This document shows positions 1 to 9,037 of a DNA stretch of 64,000 nt, piece after piece (positions within the stretch are counted from its first letter, which is position 1; the number at the start of each line of letters is the position of its first letter). A program made the position numbers and the translations under genes. Source of the DNA: a virus. A model generated the notes under the pieces. The model was given only the letters and a program-made list of their open reading frames with translations. It did no database searches and was not told the origin of the DNA. Location of the stretch: the IMG/VR virus record IMGVR_UViG_3300037264_003623, positions 45,084-109,083 of that record, one strand, 5' to 3'.

Positions 1-78
1 GACTATTTGTCGAAGGCTCGAACATGGAAGAGCACCTGGGATGACAGTAGTGCAGCCAAGAGGCTCTACGAGGAGTAG
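1..78 (+). CDS. 3' end of a probable HipA/PI3-PI4K-like kinase paralog (partial)
   Basis: Frame 1 reads DYLSKARTWKSTWDDSSAAKRLYEE*; D-x-L-x5-W aligns with the C-termini of the two complete kinases (DVLKALGGW, REMKGLTEW) and it precedes the same small partner gene. Confidence 0.4.
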   Translation, partial: DYLSKARTWKSTWDDSSAAKRLYEE

Positions 79-98
79 AGCGGGTCAGGAGGAGAAAC

Positions 99-416
99 AT
101 GCTCATCGGGATGAGGGTTCGGAAGGACACGGATAAGGGCGAGGCTACCGTGTTCGAGTACCGGATGGGCCAGAATGGCAGGGTGGCCCTTACGGTCGGG
201 GATCCGAACGAGATCGTCTCGGAGATCACGCTGGGGTCGGGGGACAACACGATGATCGAGGACATGGGCGGGTCATACGGGGTGAGGATGCCCCCGTTCG
301 CGAAGGGGGCCGAGAAGACATACACCCCCGCCGACGGGGTGAGCTTCATCCTTGCGCTCCTCGTCCAGTTCAGCAGGAACAACGGCTACTCGTGGGCGGA
401 GCCGATCCTCTCATGA
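99..416 (+). CDS. small kinase-associated protein (putative immunity), paralog of 1603..1923
   Basis: RBS AGGAG; LIG.R...D.D.G....FEYR and TPADGVSFILALL..GY..AEP shared with 1603..1923. Confidence 0.75.
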   Translation: MLIGMRVRKDTDKGEATVFEYRMGQNGRVALTVGDPNEIVSEITLGSGDNTMIEDMGGSYGVRMPPFAKGAEKTYTPADGVSFILALLVQFSRNNGYSWAEPILS

Positions 417-1606
417 AGACGTTCTACTCCAGGAAGTTCGCGAGGTTCATGGGTTCCATCCTGGCGAAGGCCACATGGGACCCGGATCTCCACCCGAGGA
501 GCGAGGGCGGGAAGTTCTCCAGGACCGAGGGAGTCTCTGAGGAGAGGCGGGTCGCGGAGAGGCTCATGGGGACCTCGGCGGATCAGCTTGAGGCGGAGGC
601 ACGGGAGACCGAGCGGGAGGCTTCCGCGCTGAGGGCGATGGGGAAGGGCGAGAAGGCCGCGATGGCCGACGCCGTGGCGAGGGACCTGATGGAGAGGGCG
701 AAACTGGCGAGGGAGCCGGTCAGGGTGTTCAGGCCGGGATCGGAGCCGAGGAGGCCCGCCCCGCCGATAGATCCCACGAGGCATCCGCAGGAGTCCGTGA
801 GGGGGAGGGCAGAGACGATGAGAAAAGCCTCGGGGAAGCCTGAGGCTTTCATCATGAACACGCGCAGGGTCATGGGGGGCAAGGGAGAGTGCCACCGAGT
901 CCTCTTCGACGACGGGACCAGGGCCGCCTACAAGCCGACGGCGGGGTCCGTCCTTGTGCAGATGGAGAAGCAGGGCCGGGGTGAGGAGATCACGATCGAC
1001 CCGAAGATCCCGGAATCGAAGCGCGAACGGGCCGTCTTCGATCTCAGCGCGATGGCCGGGTTCGACGTGGTGCCCCCGGTCGAGCTCGTGGACTACGATG
1101 GGGTGGGGTCCCCCGGGGGCGGGCACGCTATGGCATGGGTGGACGGGCAGGAGGCCATTGACATCGAGGACCAGTACTACAAGGACATCTCCGCGAACCA
1201 TCCCGACCTTCACCGGATTGCGGCGCTCGACTTCATCACGGGCAATGTAGACCGGCACCAGGGGAACTTCATGAGGGGGAAGGACGGGCGCTGGTACGCG
1301 ATCGACAATGGCCTCTGCTTCACCAGGGACATGGAGCTCGGGATGTCGTGGTCCGATGTCATGCGGAAGCTCATGATGCACGTCACGCCGCCGGAGGTGC
1401 GGGCGGAGATCGCCTCGATCGACAAGGACGCTATGGGCGGAATCATGAAGGAGGCGGGCTTCGACGCCGTGGACATCAAGGCCGCGCAGACGAGGCTGGA
1501 TGTGCTCAAGGCCTTGGGCGGGTGGGGGACGGAGGGGCAAATGTACGGGGCGGCCGAGGACGCCTACTTCCAGGCGGGTGGGCGCAGGCGGCCAGGGAGG
1601 GAATGA
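413..1606 (+). CDS. HipA/PI3-PI4K-like kinase with N-terminal LAK|ATWDPDLHPRSEGGKF tag
   Basis: ATGA overlap start; motifs AAYKP, RERAVFDL, VVPPVEL, LDFITGNVDRHQGN, YAIDNGLCF. Confidence 0.85.
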   Translation: MKTFYSRKFARFMGSILAKATWDPDLHPRSEGGKFSRTEGVSEERRVAERLMGTSADQLEAEARETEREASALRAMGKGEKAAMADAVARDLMERAKLAREPVRVFRPGSEPRRPAPPIDPTRHPQESVRGRAETMRKASGKPEAFIMNTRRVMGGKGECHRVLFDDGTRAAYKPTAGSVLVQMEKQGRGEEITIDPKIPESKRERAVFDLSAMAGFDVVPPVELVDYDGVGSPGGGHAMAWVDGQEAIDIEDQYYKDISANHPDLHRIAALDFITGNVDRHQGNFMRGKDGRWYAIDNGLCFTRDMELGMSWSDVMRKLMMHVTPPEVRAEIASIDKDAMGGIMKEAGFDAVDIKAAQTRLDVLKALGGWGTEGQMYGAAEDAYFQAGGRRRPGRE

Positions 1607-1923
1607 TCGTGCTCATTGGGGTAAGATGGGTGAGGGACGTGGACACCGGGCGGGATGTGTCGTTCGAGTACAGGCTGGACCCGAGGACCGGCAAGGCTGT
1701 CCAGGTCGCGGGGCCCGCGAGGGCGAACGACGAGGTGATCCTCTCCCCGTGGGATGGGGTGATGGGCCCCGAGATCGCCAAGTATCACGGGATGGATTTC
1801 AAGCCGGTTCCGAAGGGCGGGAGGAGGCTGACCCCGGACGACGGGGTTGACTTCCTTCTCGCCGTTCTCGTCAAGTACGCGAGGAACACCGGCTACGGCA
1901 GGGTCGAGCCGATCAGCCGATAG
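1603..1923 (+). CDS. small kinase-associated protein (putative immunity)
   Basis: RBS GGAGG, ATGA overlap with the kinase; LTPDDGVDFLLAVL..GYGRVEP. Confidence 0.75.
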   Translation: MIVLIGVRWVRDVDTGRDVSFEYRLDPRTGKAVQVAGPARANDEVILSPWDGVMGPEIAKYHGMDFKPVPKGGRRLTPDDGVDFLLAVLVKYARNTGYGRVEPISR

Positions 1924-1932
1924 GAGGATCAG

Positions 1933-3258
1933 ATGGAGACGCCGTCGAGCAGGGCCACGAGCAATCTGATTTCCAAGTCCCTGGAGACCGTCCAGGAGAC
2001 GCCGGGCCAGGTGTCCTCGAAGGAGATGCAGGACCTCTCCGCGATGATCCTGAAGGCGATGGACGACCCCGCCTTCGTCGAGACGGTCTGCCCGAGCGGC
2101 GGCTGCCCCGAGCTCCGCGGCCTCCTCCTGGAGGTGGTCGAGCGGGCCAAGGAGGAGGACGACTCCCCCGAGGTCAAGGCGTGCGTCTCGAAGAAGATCC
2201 CGATCCTCATCGAAGAGGGATATCCGAGAGCCCAAAGTGTCGCGATCGCGTTCTCGGTTTGCCGCAAGGACCCGTCCGTCGCCGACAAGGCGGTGAAGGT
2301 CGAGGGGACGCCCCGCTACATGACCGAGGCGGAGCTCCGCGCCATGAAGCCGAAGAAGCCGGAGACCGACACGGACACGGAGATCGAGTCCGCGATCGGG
2401 TGCGATCTCGACGCGCTCAACAGGACGACTTCCGTCCTGATTTCCAAGGCCGGGACCTCTGATGGCGCGAAGCTGGGGTGGGAGACCCGTAGGGGCGGAG
2501 CGCCCACTGATGAACCCAAGGCTGGGATGCCCTCCAGGCAGGAGTGGGATGGGTTCCAATCGAACGCTGATGCGGTATTCGATGTCAGCAGGGGCGCGGT
2601 CAAAGAGGTTGAACGGATCGAGGAGAGGGCCATAGAAGCGGAAGAGGAGGGTAGATCCCGCCTACATCCGTTCGGCGTGAAAGAGCCGACGACGCCGAAG
2701 GGCGTGGAGCAGGCTCTGAACAAGCTGGCGGATGTCGCGCCGAAGGCCGCTGACCTCGCGGCGAGACTGAAAGGCGTCCCTGGGGTGGACGAGGGGAAGA
2801 GGAAGGCCGCTGAGGACAAGATGCGGGGATGGAAAGGTGGGGTGCCCCGTGAGGAGATGCAGGATTTCAACGACATCGTGTCCGACATCTACACGATGGT
2901 AGACAGCGCCAGGGCGGACCATGACCCGAAGTACATGGAGGGGTCCGAGCCCGTGACGCGGCCTTCCGTGGGCAAGGAGCTCGTTCTGAACCTGGGCGTG
3001 CAGAAGCGGTTCTTGTCCCTGCAAGACCTTGAGGGATTCAAGCCGACGAAACCGGAGGACGTCCGCCCGCCACGGGAGAGCACCAGGCACGAGGGCGAGC
3101 CGGAAGACTCGGGGCTTCGTCGCCTCATCATGCCGGGATGGGCCCGAAAGGGCGGCCAGGTTGCGCCTCCCGGTGACGTCCCGAAGGATAGGATCAGGGG
3201 CGATGGCTTGACCGAGATGCTCATGCCGAGCAGGAAAGAGGACGAGCCCAAGGAATAG
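1933..3258 (+). CDS. putative head-cargo protein with ISK|AGTSDGAKLGWETRR tag
   Basis: RBS AGGAGG; CVSKKIPILIEEGYPRAQSVAIAFSVC head-protein-like segment; tag at 2446-2493. Confidence 0.7.
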   Translation: METPSSRATSNLISKSLETVQETPGQVSSKEMQDLSAMILKAMDDPAFVETVCPSGGCPELRGLLLEVVERAKEEDDSPEVKACVSKKIPILIEEGYPRAQSVAIAFSVCRKDPSVADKAVKVEGTPRYMTEAELRAMKPKKPETDTDTEIESAIGCDLDALNRTTSVLISKAGTSDGAKLGWETRRGGAPTDEPKAGMPSRQEWDGFQSNADAVFDVSRGAVKEVERIEERAIEAEEEGRSRLHPFGVKEPTTPKGVEQALNKLADVAPKAADLAARLKGVPGVDEGKRKAAEDKMRGWKGGVPREEMQDFNDIVSDIYTMVDSARADHDPKYMEGSEPVTRPSVGKELVLNLGVQKRFLSLQDLEGFKPTKPEDVRPPRESTRHEGEPEDSGLRRLIMPGWARKGGQVAPPGDVPKDRIRGDGLTEMLMPSRKEDEPKE

Positions 3259-3273
3259 CGCACACGATGTGCG
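3259..3273. promoter_or_regulatory. 15-bp palindrome CGCACACnGTGTGCG, copy 1 (one mismatch)
   Basis: CGCACACGATGTGCG directly after the TAG of the previous gene. Confidence 0.55.
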
Positions 3274-3292
3274 GAAACCGGAGGAATACCCC

Positions 3293-3976
3293 GTGAAAGA
3301 GCGCAAGGACAAGGACCTGGGCTCGATTTTCAACGCCAAGTCCCTCCTCGACGGGCAGGGGACCCCACAGCGGGACACCGCCCAGAGCAGGAAGGTCGCC
3401 CTGGACTTCGCCGGGATGCTCGCGAAGGATGGCACGAGCGAGGGTGCGAAGAAGGGCTGGGAAACTCGACGCGGCGCGGCAGCCCTGTCCGAGGGCCCCA
3501 AGGAGTTCAGAGACTTCATGGTAGGAGCCATCGCCCAGCGCGACACCCCTGATGCCAAGGCGACGAAGGAGATGGCGGAGAATCTCAAGGACAGTGATGT
3601 TCCCCTGAAGGATGCTTTTACCGCCGCTCAGAAACGGGTTGACCAGGCCGACGCCCTCGCCGGGGAGACCCTCAAGCGGTTCGGCTCCGCCCTTTCCCAG
3701 TATCACGTCGACAACATCAATCGCGAGCGGGAGACGATCAAGCGGGCCATGGATGTCGCCGACAGGCATGTCCGGGAGAACAGCCGGGGGTATGCCGCCG
3801 ACGCCATCAGCAACGCCGTCGAGGGCGCGGACCTCATGTCGATCTGGGCATCTTCCGCGGTCGGAGAAGTCTGGAAAAAGCAGACCCGGGAGAGGGGGGT
3901 GGGGAAGTCCGGCACTTCCGAGGGGGTCCCGAAGACCCTCAAGGGGTCGTTCCTGACCGAAGGCGACACACAATAG
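3293..3976 (+). CDS. putative head-cargo protein with LAK|DGTSEGAKKGWETRR tag and a degenerate second tag
   Basis: GGAGG before GTG 3293; tags at 3425-3472 and 3905-3934. Confidence 0.7.
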   Translation: MKERKDKDLGSIFNAKSLLDGQGTPQRDTAQSRKVALDFAGMLAKDGTSEGAKKGWETRRGAAALSEGPKEFRDFMVGAIAQRDTPDAKATKEMAENLKDSDVPLKDAFTAAQKRVDQADALAGETLKRFGSALSQYHVDNINRERETIKRAMDVADRHVRENSRGYAADAISNAVEGADLMSIWASSAVGEVWKKQTRERGVGKSGTSEGVPKTLKGSFLTEGDTQ

Positions 3977-4001
3977 GTTGCGTTTCCCATCCGGTTCCTT
4001 C

Positions 4002-4029
4002 TTGGCGAATACGCTAAAGGGTGTATAAT
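4002..4029 (+). promoter_or_regulatory. sigma70-type promoter, probably leaderless transcript
   Basis: TTGGCG-16-TATAAT, ATG 6 nt downstream at 4036. Confidence 0.55.
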
Positions 4030-4035
4030 AGGATC

Positions 4036-5598
4036 ATGGAAGTGGGCGCGATCTATGACGTCCAGAAGGAAGGCACCTCCGAGGGTGCCTACCGCGGGTG
4101 GGAGACTAGGAGAGACGGCCCGAGGGCCGCCCCTTTCGTCGAAGCGCGGAGGAAGATTGGGAGCATGGTGGAGGAGGCCAACGAGGAGTTCAAGAGGGAG
4201 GTTGCTCTTCACCTGAAGGGTATCCCGAGCGACTACGCGGGGATGACACGCAGGGACAGGGAGAACAGAGCCGAAGGCCTGAGGCTCGTTCGGGATGCAG
4301 TCGAGAGACTGAGGGGGGCCGAGGTCGCGGAGGCGGACAGGGGTACGCTCGCCAGGATGATCGACTACGCGGAGCGGGAAGCCCCCATCATCAGCGAGCG
4401 CGACAAGGGGGACCGGAGGTGGCACGAGGAGTTCGACGCCTTCCTCGCCGAAGCCGAGGAGGTCGCGTCCAGGGCGAAGGAGCCCGAGGGAATGGAAAAG
4501 GGCGAGGTCGTCGTCTGGGAGCCGAGCAGGCATCCCCGGGGGGAGGGGGGCCGGTTCGCCCAGGCCGAGGCCAGGGATCCCGAGGAGAGGCGGAGGCTGG
4601 TCGAGTCCGCGGCGTCCGAGGCCGCCAGGCGGGTTATCGACAGCATGGGCCGAGACGCGAACAGGGTGATCTACGATACGGTGAGCGAGTTCGGCCTGTC
4701 CGGCAACGACGCGGCCGAGGCGTTCCAGATGGCCGACCGGAGGCTGCGGAAGGAGCGGGAGCTGGATGTGCTCCGCAAGGCCACTGGGGACCTGCTCTCG
4801 AAGGTCGAGTTCGAGGAGGACGAGCACCCGAGGGACCCCGCAGGCAGGTTCGCCTCCAGGGGAGAAGGGGTCGCGCCGAGGGCCGATGCCGTCTCGAAGG
4901 AGGAGATCGACAGGGTGTTCGACGGCAGGGCGAAGAACCCGAGCACGCCCGATGAGCAGAGCCGCCTGCACCAGGAGATCGAGGCCTCGGCGGACAGGGC
5001 GAGTCGGATGTCGCAGGAGGACCACATCTCCGGGGTGCCCGAGAGGATGACCAAGGTATCCGAGAGGGCGGAGGCCGTCGTGATGTCCCTCGGCAGGAGG
5101 ATCATGGAGGAGGGCGCAGCTAACTGGAAGGAGTTCGTCTTCGCGGTGGAGAACGGGAGCGGGGACGTGGTGGGGATGAGGGAGGGCGACAAGGAATCAG
5201 CGTCGTGCGTCGGGATCTACGGGGGGATGGACAGGGATAGGGGATACACGTTCGTCCACAACCATCCCACAAGCAACTCCTTCTCGGACGTGGACGTGAT
5301 CATATTCACTAGGATCCCCCAGTTTACGAGGGCGGTGGTGGTCAGCGGGATGTGGACGTACATTCTGGAGAAGCCGCCGGGGTGGAACTTCAGGAAGGTT
5401 TGGGGCGTGGACGATGCCAGGGCGGAGTACCTCCGCCAGAGCGACGTGCTGACGCCCAAGTACAAGCCCCCCGCCAACCCGGACGGGACGAGGGACGACG
5501 CCAGGGACAGGGTCGCGTGGCGGGAGCAGGGCCATGAGGTGATATCCAACCTGGCGAAGCTCTACGGGCTGTCCTACAGGAGGGAGAAGAGGGCATGA
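4036..5598 (+). CDS. polyprotein-like cargo with three tags and a C-terminal JAB/MPN (RadC-like) domain
   Basis: VQK|EGTSEGAYRGWETRR, MEK|GEVVVWEPSRHPRGEGGRF, LSK|VEFEEDEHPRDPAGRF; then E..HNHPTSNSFSDVD metal motif. Confidence 0.75.
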   Translation: MEVGAIYDVQKEGTSEGAYRGWETRRDGPRAAPFVEARRKIGSMVEEANEEFKREVALHLKGIPSDYAGMTRRDRENRAEGLRLVRDAVERLRGAEVAEADRGTLARMIDYAEREAPIISERDKGDRRWHEEFDAFLAEAEEVASRAKEPEGMEKGEVVVWEPSRHPRGEGGRFAQAEARDPEERRRLVESAASEAARRVIDSMGRDANRVIYDTVSEFGLSGNDAAEAFQMADRRLRKERELDVLRKATGDLLSKVEFEEDEHPRDPAGRFASRGEGVAPRADAVSKEEIDRVFDGRAKNPSTPDEQSRLHQEIEASADRASRMSQEDHISGVPERMTKVSERAEAVVMSLGRRIMEEGAANWKEFVFAVENGSGDVVGMREGDKESASCVGIYGGMDRDRGYTFVHNHPTSNSFSDVDVIIFTRIPQFTRAVVVSGMWTYILEKPPGWNFRKVWGVDDARAEYLRQSDVLTPKYKPPANPDGTRDDARDRVAWREQGHEVISNLAKLYGLSYRREKRA

Positions 5599-6704
5599 AG
5601 GATCCGAAGGTGCCGATCACCGAGTGGGACATCGACGACCGCGGCAACGTGCCTCCCTACGGGAACGCCGTCGCGAAGGAGGGCACTTCTGAAGGGGCGA
5701 AGCTGGGATGGGAAACGAGGCGGGAGGGCGGACAGGCGGAGGAGAAGAAGCCGGACGCCTCATCCTTCGAGACGCCCCCCGAGAATTGGCAGCAAAGTCT
5801 GCCGTACCAGCATCGGCTGAACTTGGGTGCATGGACGGAGTGGCTCACCAACCTGAGGATGTCCCATGTCTACCGCCAGGGGGGCGAGGCCAAGCCCTAC
5901 CGGCCAGAGTTCGCCGACGTCGCGGCTCGGCGCGAGGTCGGGCGGTGGCTCGATCGCAACGACGATAAGATGATCTACCACATCTCGCGGAAGGTGGACA
6001 TCTCGCATGGGCCGAGGGACGAGAAGATCGGCGAGGCGGTCGGGCTGGTTCAGGAGATCGTTCGCATGGCCCAGGCCGAGGCGCGGAGGGAGGCCGAGAC
6101 GCAGGCCAAGAAGAACCCTCTGTCCGGCGTCCTGTTCGGGAAGGCCAGGGTCGTGGGCGGATTCCCACTCACGCAGGAGGACGCGCTCGCGAAGGAAGGC
6201 ACGTCCGAAGGCGCCAAGAAAGGGTGGGAGACCAGGCGCGAGGGCGGCGGGGCGCTATCCGAAGAGGAGCGCAAGAGGGCCATTCGATCCCTTGAGGTGC
6301 GGGGCGCGGCGGACAGGGGCGACGTGTCCGTGAAGATCGTCCCCCTTCTTACCGGGGAGGGGTTCGGGGTGGAGACCACGGTGGCTGGCGACAGGAGGAA
6401 CCCGAGGGAGCCCGCCATGACGATGGAGGAGGCACGCAGGTTCGCCCTGGAGCAGCTCCAGAGCCCCCGCCCGACCCAGACCCCCGAGATGAAGCCGAAG
6501 CCCGAGGCGGAGGAGAAGAAGCCCTCTCCGACGCCCGTGAGGCCCTACAGGAACCCCGGAGACTTGGCCGCCGACTACAAGCGGCAAGGTATCCCGAAGC
6601 AACGTGCCTGGGATCAGTTCATCATCGACACTGTCCTCTCCCCGAAGTTCCGGTCGGAGCAGGTGGACGCGAGGGAGTTCTTCCAGGCCTACGATAGGGC
6701 GTAG
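5595..6704 (+). CDS. polyprotein-like cargo with two GTSEGAK.GWETRR tags
   Basis: Tags at 5676-5723 and 6192-6239; ATGA overlap. Confidence 0.7.
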   Translation: MKDPKVPITEWDIDDRGNVPPYGNAVAKEGTSEGAKLGWETRREGGQAEEKKPDASSFETPPENWQQSLPYQHRLNLGAWTEWLTNLRMSHVYRQGGEAKPYRPEFADVAARREVGRWLDRNDDKMIYHISRKVDISHGPRDEKIGEAVGLVQEIVRMAQAEARREAETQAKKNPLSGVLFGKARVVGGFPLTQEDALAKEGTSEGAKKGWETRREGGGALSEEERKRAIRSLEVRGAADRGDVSVKIVPLLTGEGFGVETTVAGDRRNPREPAMTMEEARRFALEQLQSPRPTQTPEMKPKPEAEEKKPSPTPVRPYRNPGDLAADYKRQGIPKQRAWDQFIIDTVLSPKFRSEQVDAREFFQAYDRA

Positions 6705-6789
6705 GTCGCGGGGAGATGGAACGGTGGAGGCAGACTGCATCCTATCTCTGCTTCTTGCCCTACCAGATCCTGCGGCTTGAGCACAGAGG

Positions 6790-6804
6790 CGCACACGGTG
6801 TGCG
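6790..6804. promoter_or_regulatory. 15-bp palindrome CGCACACGGTGTGCG, copy 2
   Basis: Perfect 7-1-7 inverted repeat at a gene junction. Confidence 0.6.
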
Positions 6805-6818
6805 GGAATGGGTGTCAC

Positions 6819-7397
6819 ATGGCGGAGGCGGGAGGAAGGGTTTGCTCGTGCGGCCATCCCGAGTCGTCGCACGACCGGTTCGGCTGCCACTATGGCGGCT
6901 GCCCTTGTCCCCGCTTCGACCCCTTGCCTTCCTTGGCAGAGAACTTCAAGGAGGTCATCGACCTTGTGCGCCTCGCAATCGAGCTGCACCCACAGCTCAA
7001 GATGTACTGGTATTACTCTCCTCGGGGTCACCGGCGCTACCTGATGCCCACCCGGGTTGGGAAGTCGAGGCGCTACTCGACGGGCACCCTGAAAGGTGAC
7101 ACGGAAGCGGCCCCCGTAGGGCTCGGATCCGGGTCGGCCGCGCCCTCAAACCCCTCCGGAATCGGTCGCGGGGCCGTCCAGGCTGCCCCCAGGAACCAGC
7201 GCGAAGCCTCTTGGGCCACTTCCCCGCATGGGCGCGGCGGCCTCCTCGCTCCGGGCCGCGGGCGCCGTCTCCCCTTCTCCATCAACGACTTGCATCCCAC
7301 CAGGAACCAGGACGCACACGCATACCCCCTCGATGGGTATGCGCCGGCTCTCAAAAACGTCGCAAGTCCTCGCGCACGAGGGATTTACGTCAGATAG
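6819..7397 (+). CDS. Cys/His zinc-finger protein (start and C-terminal half uncertain)
   Basis: CSCGHPESSHDRFGCHYGGCPCPRF. Confidence 0.5.
   Translation: MAEAGGRVCSCGHPESSHDRFGCHYGGCPCPRFDPLPSLAENFKEVIDLVRLAIELHPQLKMYWYYSPRGHRRYLMPTRVGKSRRYSTGTLKGDTEAAPVGLGSGSAAPSNPSGIGRGAVQAAPRNQREASWATSPHGRGGLLAPGRGRRLPFSINDLHPTRNQDAHAYPLDGYAPALKNVASPRARGIYVR
6958..7021 (+). repeat. 64-bp imperfect direct repeat, copy 1
   Basis: 55/64 identical to 8033..8096; encodes DLVRLAIELHPQLKMYW. Confidence 0.8.
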
Positions 7398-7417
7398 AGA
7401 AGTCATAGGAGGAGGCT

Positions 7418-7627
7418 ATGAGAGCGGAAACGAGTGAGGAAACGAGGTCCCCGACGAGGGTGATGTCGTCTGCCCTGGAGAAGGCGGGGTTCCGGGACCT
7501 GGGGGCGTACTTCCGGGCGAGGACGAGGGCGACGTTCGTCGTAATGTCAAGGGAGATGGGGGTTTCGGGCGAGACAGTGAGGCGGTGGTACAGGGATTGG
7601 TCGGGGGTGAACTCGGACTGCTCGTAG
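7418..7627 (+). CDS. small helix-turn-helix protein
   Basis: RBS AGGAGG; TFVVMSREMGVSGETVRRWY. Confidence 0.6.
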   Translation: MRAETSEETRSPTRVMSSALEKAGFRDLGAYFRARTRATFVVMSREMGVSGETVRRWYRDWSGVNSDCS

Positions 7628-7651
7628 GAAGACGATTCCCAACTCTCCGTC

Positions 7652-7756
7652 TTTGCATGCCTCTTGGAGAGGCGTGTTATTCCCTTGATCCGCCTCTGGG
7701 AGAGGCGTATTATCCCCAGGAAAGCACTTGACCAGCCTCTCGGAGAGGCGTATAAT
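7652..7756 (+). promoter_or_regulatory. three tandem sigma70 promoters, each with a GCCTCT-N3-AGAGGC operator in the spacer
   Basis: Operators 7659-7673, 7692-7706, 7735-7749; TTTGCA/TTGATC/TTGACC-17-TGTTAT/TATTAT/TATAAT. Confidence 0.75.
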
Positions 7757-7762
7757 AGAGAC

Positions 7763-8029
7763 ATGACCAGAACGAGGAAGCACACGAAGGAGATCCGGGT
7801 CTGGGTCACGCCGGAGCTCGACGCTCTGTTGGGGGAGAAGGCAGGGACGGAGGGCCGGAGCAAGTCCGATTTCGTGAGGAGGCTGTTGGAGGGGGTGCTG
7901 TCTCCAGGCCAGGCGGATTCCCATCGAGCGGCCCCCGCTGATGCTTCCTCCCGCGCCGCGCCTTGGGGGACATCGGTGAAGTTGACGCGGACCAGCATGA
8001 GCTCGGACGAGTTCCTGAAGGACACGTAG
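7763..8029 (+). CDS. ribbon-helix-helix (CopG-like) regulator
   Basis: KEIRVWVTPELDALLGEKAGTEGRSKSDFVRRLL; ATG 6 nt after TATAAT. Confidence 0.75.
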   Translation: MTRTRKHTKEIRVWVTPELDALLGEKAGTEGRSKSDFVRRLLEGVLSPGQADSHRAAPADASSRAAPWGTSVKLTRTSMSSDEFLKDT

Positions 8030-8032
8030 GAT

Positions 8033-8096
8033 TCGACCTAGTGCGCCTCGCACTGGATCTGCACCCGCAACTCAAGATGTATTGGGATCACTCTCC
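8033..8096 (+). repeat. 64-bp imperfect direct repeat, copy 2
   Basis: Encodes DLVRLALDLHPQLKMYW, out of frame with any start. Confidence 0.8.
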
Positions 8097-8102
8097 ACGT
8101 CG

Positions 8103-8549
8103 ATGGAGGCGTCACCTGATCTGGAGGACGCGATGAGGAAGGCTCGGTTCAAGGTGAAGAAGGCGGAGCCCTGGCTGTGCCTGCTGTGCGGGAAGCCCGT
8201 GTCCCAGCCCGTGCTCCTGAGGGGGAGGGGCGGGGCGAACGTGGTCTCCCACGAGTTCGGCCAGGCCCTGCACTTCTACATGCCGGGGAACTGGGGCTCG
8301 GGCATCTGGGACCCCTGCTCTACGAGCTCCACGCAGACGAGGCTGGAGGGCGCGATCTGCGACGTCTGCCTGATGCCTCTGCTCAAGAGGGTGCGCGTGG
8401 TGCGCTTCAGGGAGGAGTACCACGAGGTCTACAGCGAGCCGCACCCTGTGTGGGAGAAGGAGCAGAAGAGGCTGCACAGGGAGAGGCTCAAACACGAGAG
8501 GCGCGAGAAGGCCAGGAGGGGGAGATGCCGGGTGAAGAAGAGTTCGTGA
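8103..8549 (+). CDS. hypothetical zinc-binding protein
   Basis: CLLC...CDVC, basic C-terminus; start uncertain. Confidence 0.6.
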   Translation: MEASPDLEDAMRKARFKVKKAEPWLCLLCGKPVSQPVLLRGRGGANVVSHEFGQALHFYMPGNWGSGIWDPCSTSSTQTRLEGAICDVCLMPLLKRVRVVRFREEYHEVYSEPHPVWEKEQKRLHRERLKHERREKARRGRCRVKKSS

Positions 8550-8773
8550 AGTGCGCGTGCTGCAAGGAAGAGGTCGCGGGCGAGGACATCATCAAGTGCT
8601 CGCGCTGCAAGCGCGGTGTGTGTGACGAGTGCTACCTCGTGACGTGCGCGGGCAGCATGTGTGAGGACTGCGCCGCGGGCGAGGAAGAGGACGACGAGGA
8701 TCCCGGCGATAGTGATGAGCGTGATGAGTGGGATGAAGAGGAAGAAGAGGAAGAGGACACTGACGAGGACTGA
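8546..8773 (+). CDS. Cys-rich protein with acidic tail
   Basis: GTGA overlap; four CxxC-like pairs then poly-D/E. Confidence 0.65.
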   Translation: MKCACCKEEVAGEDIIKCSRCKRGVCDECYLVTCAGSMCEDCAAGEEEDDEDPGDSDERDEWDEEEEEEEDTDED

Positions 8774-9037
8774 CAGTGCTGACTCCGAGTGACAGGAGGA
8801 GGCATCTTCTACACGGGCATGAGACCAGGGGGGTGGTCAAACTTTCCTCCGCATGCCGATCGATCGCCCCCTGCACCGCCTCCCATCGCCCCTCCCGCCT
8901 TGCACATACTGGGCGGAATTATGCGGGGTCGGGGCGTGTCGGCCTGCCCACAATGTTCCCTCCTGTGGATCGGATCGGCTCCCCGGATGGCCTCCGGAAA
9001 TTTCGGTGGATTTCCCCCCGGTTTTTCGGGGATTCTA

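Noticed and set aside
2446-6239. GWETRR-encoding repeats as a CRISPR array or DNA repeat
   Set aside because: Irregular spacing, in frame within ORFs and synonymous variation show protein-level conservation
7281-7391. IHF-like site and imperfect palindrome (similar element at 26938-26975) as att site or origin
   Set aside because: Weak matches, no integrase or replication gene in the window
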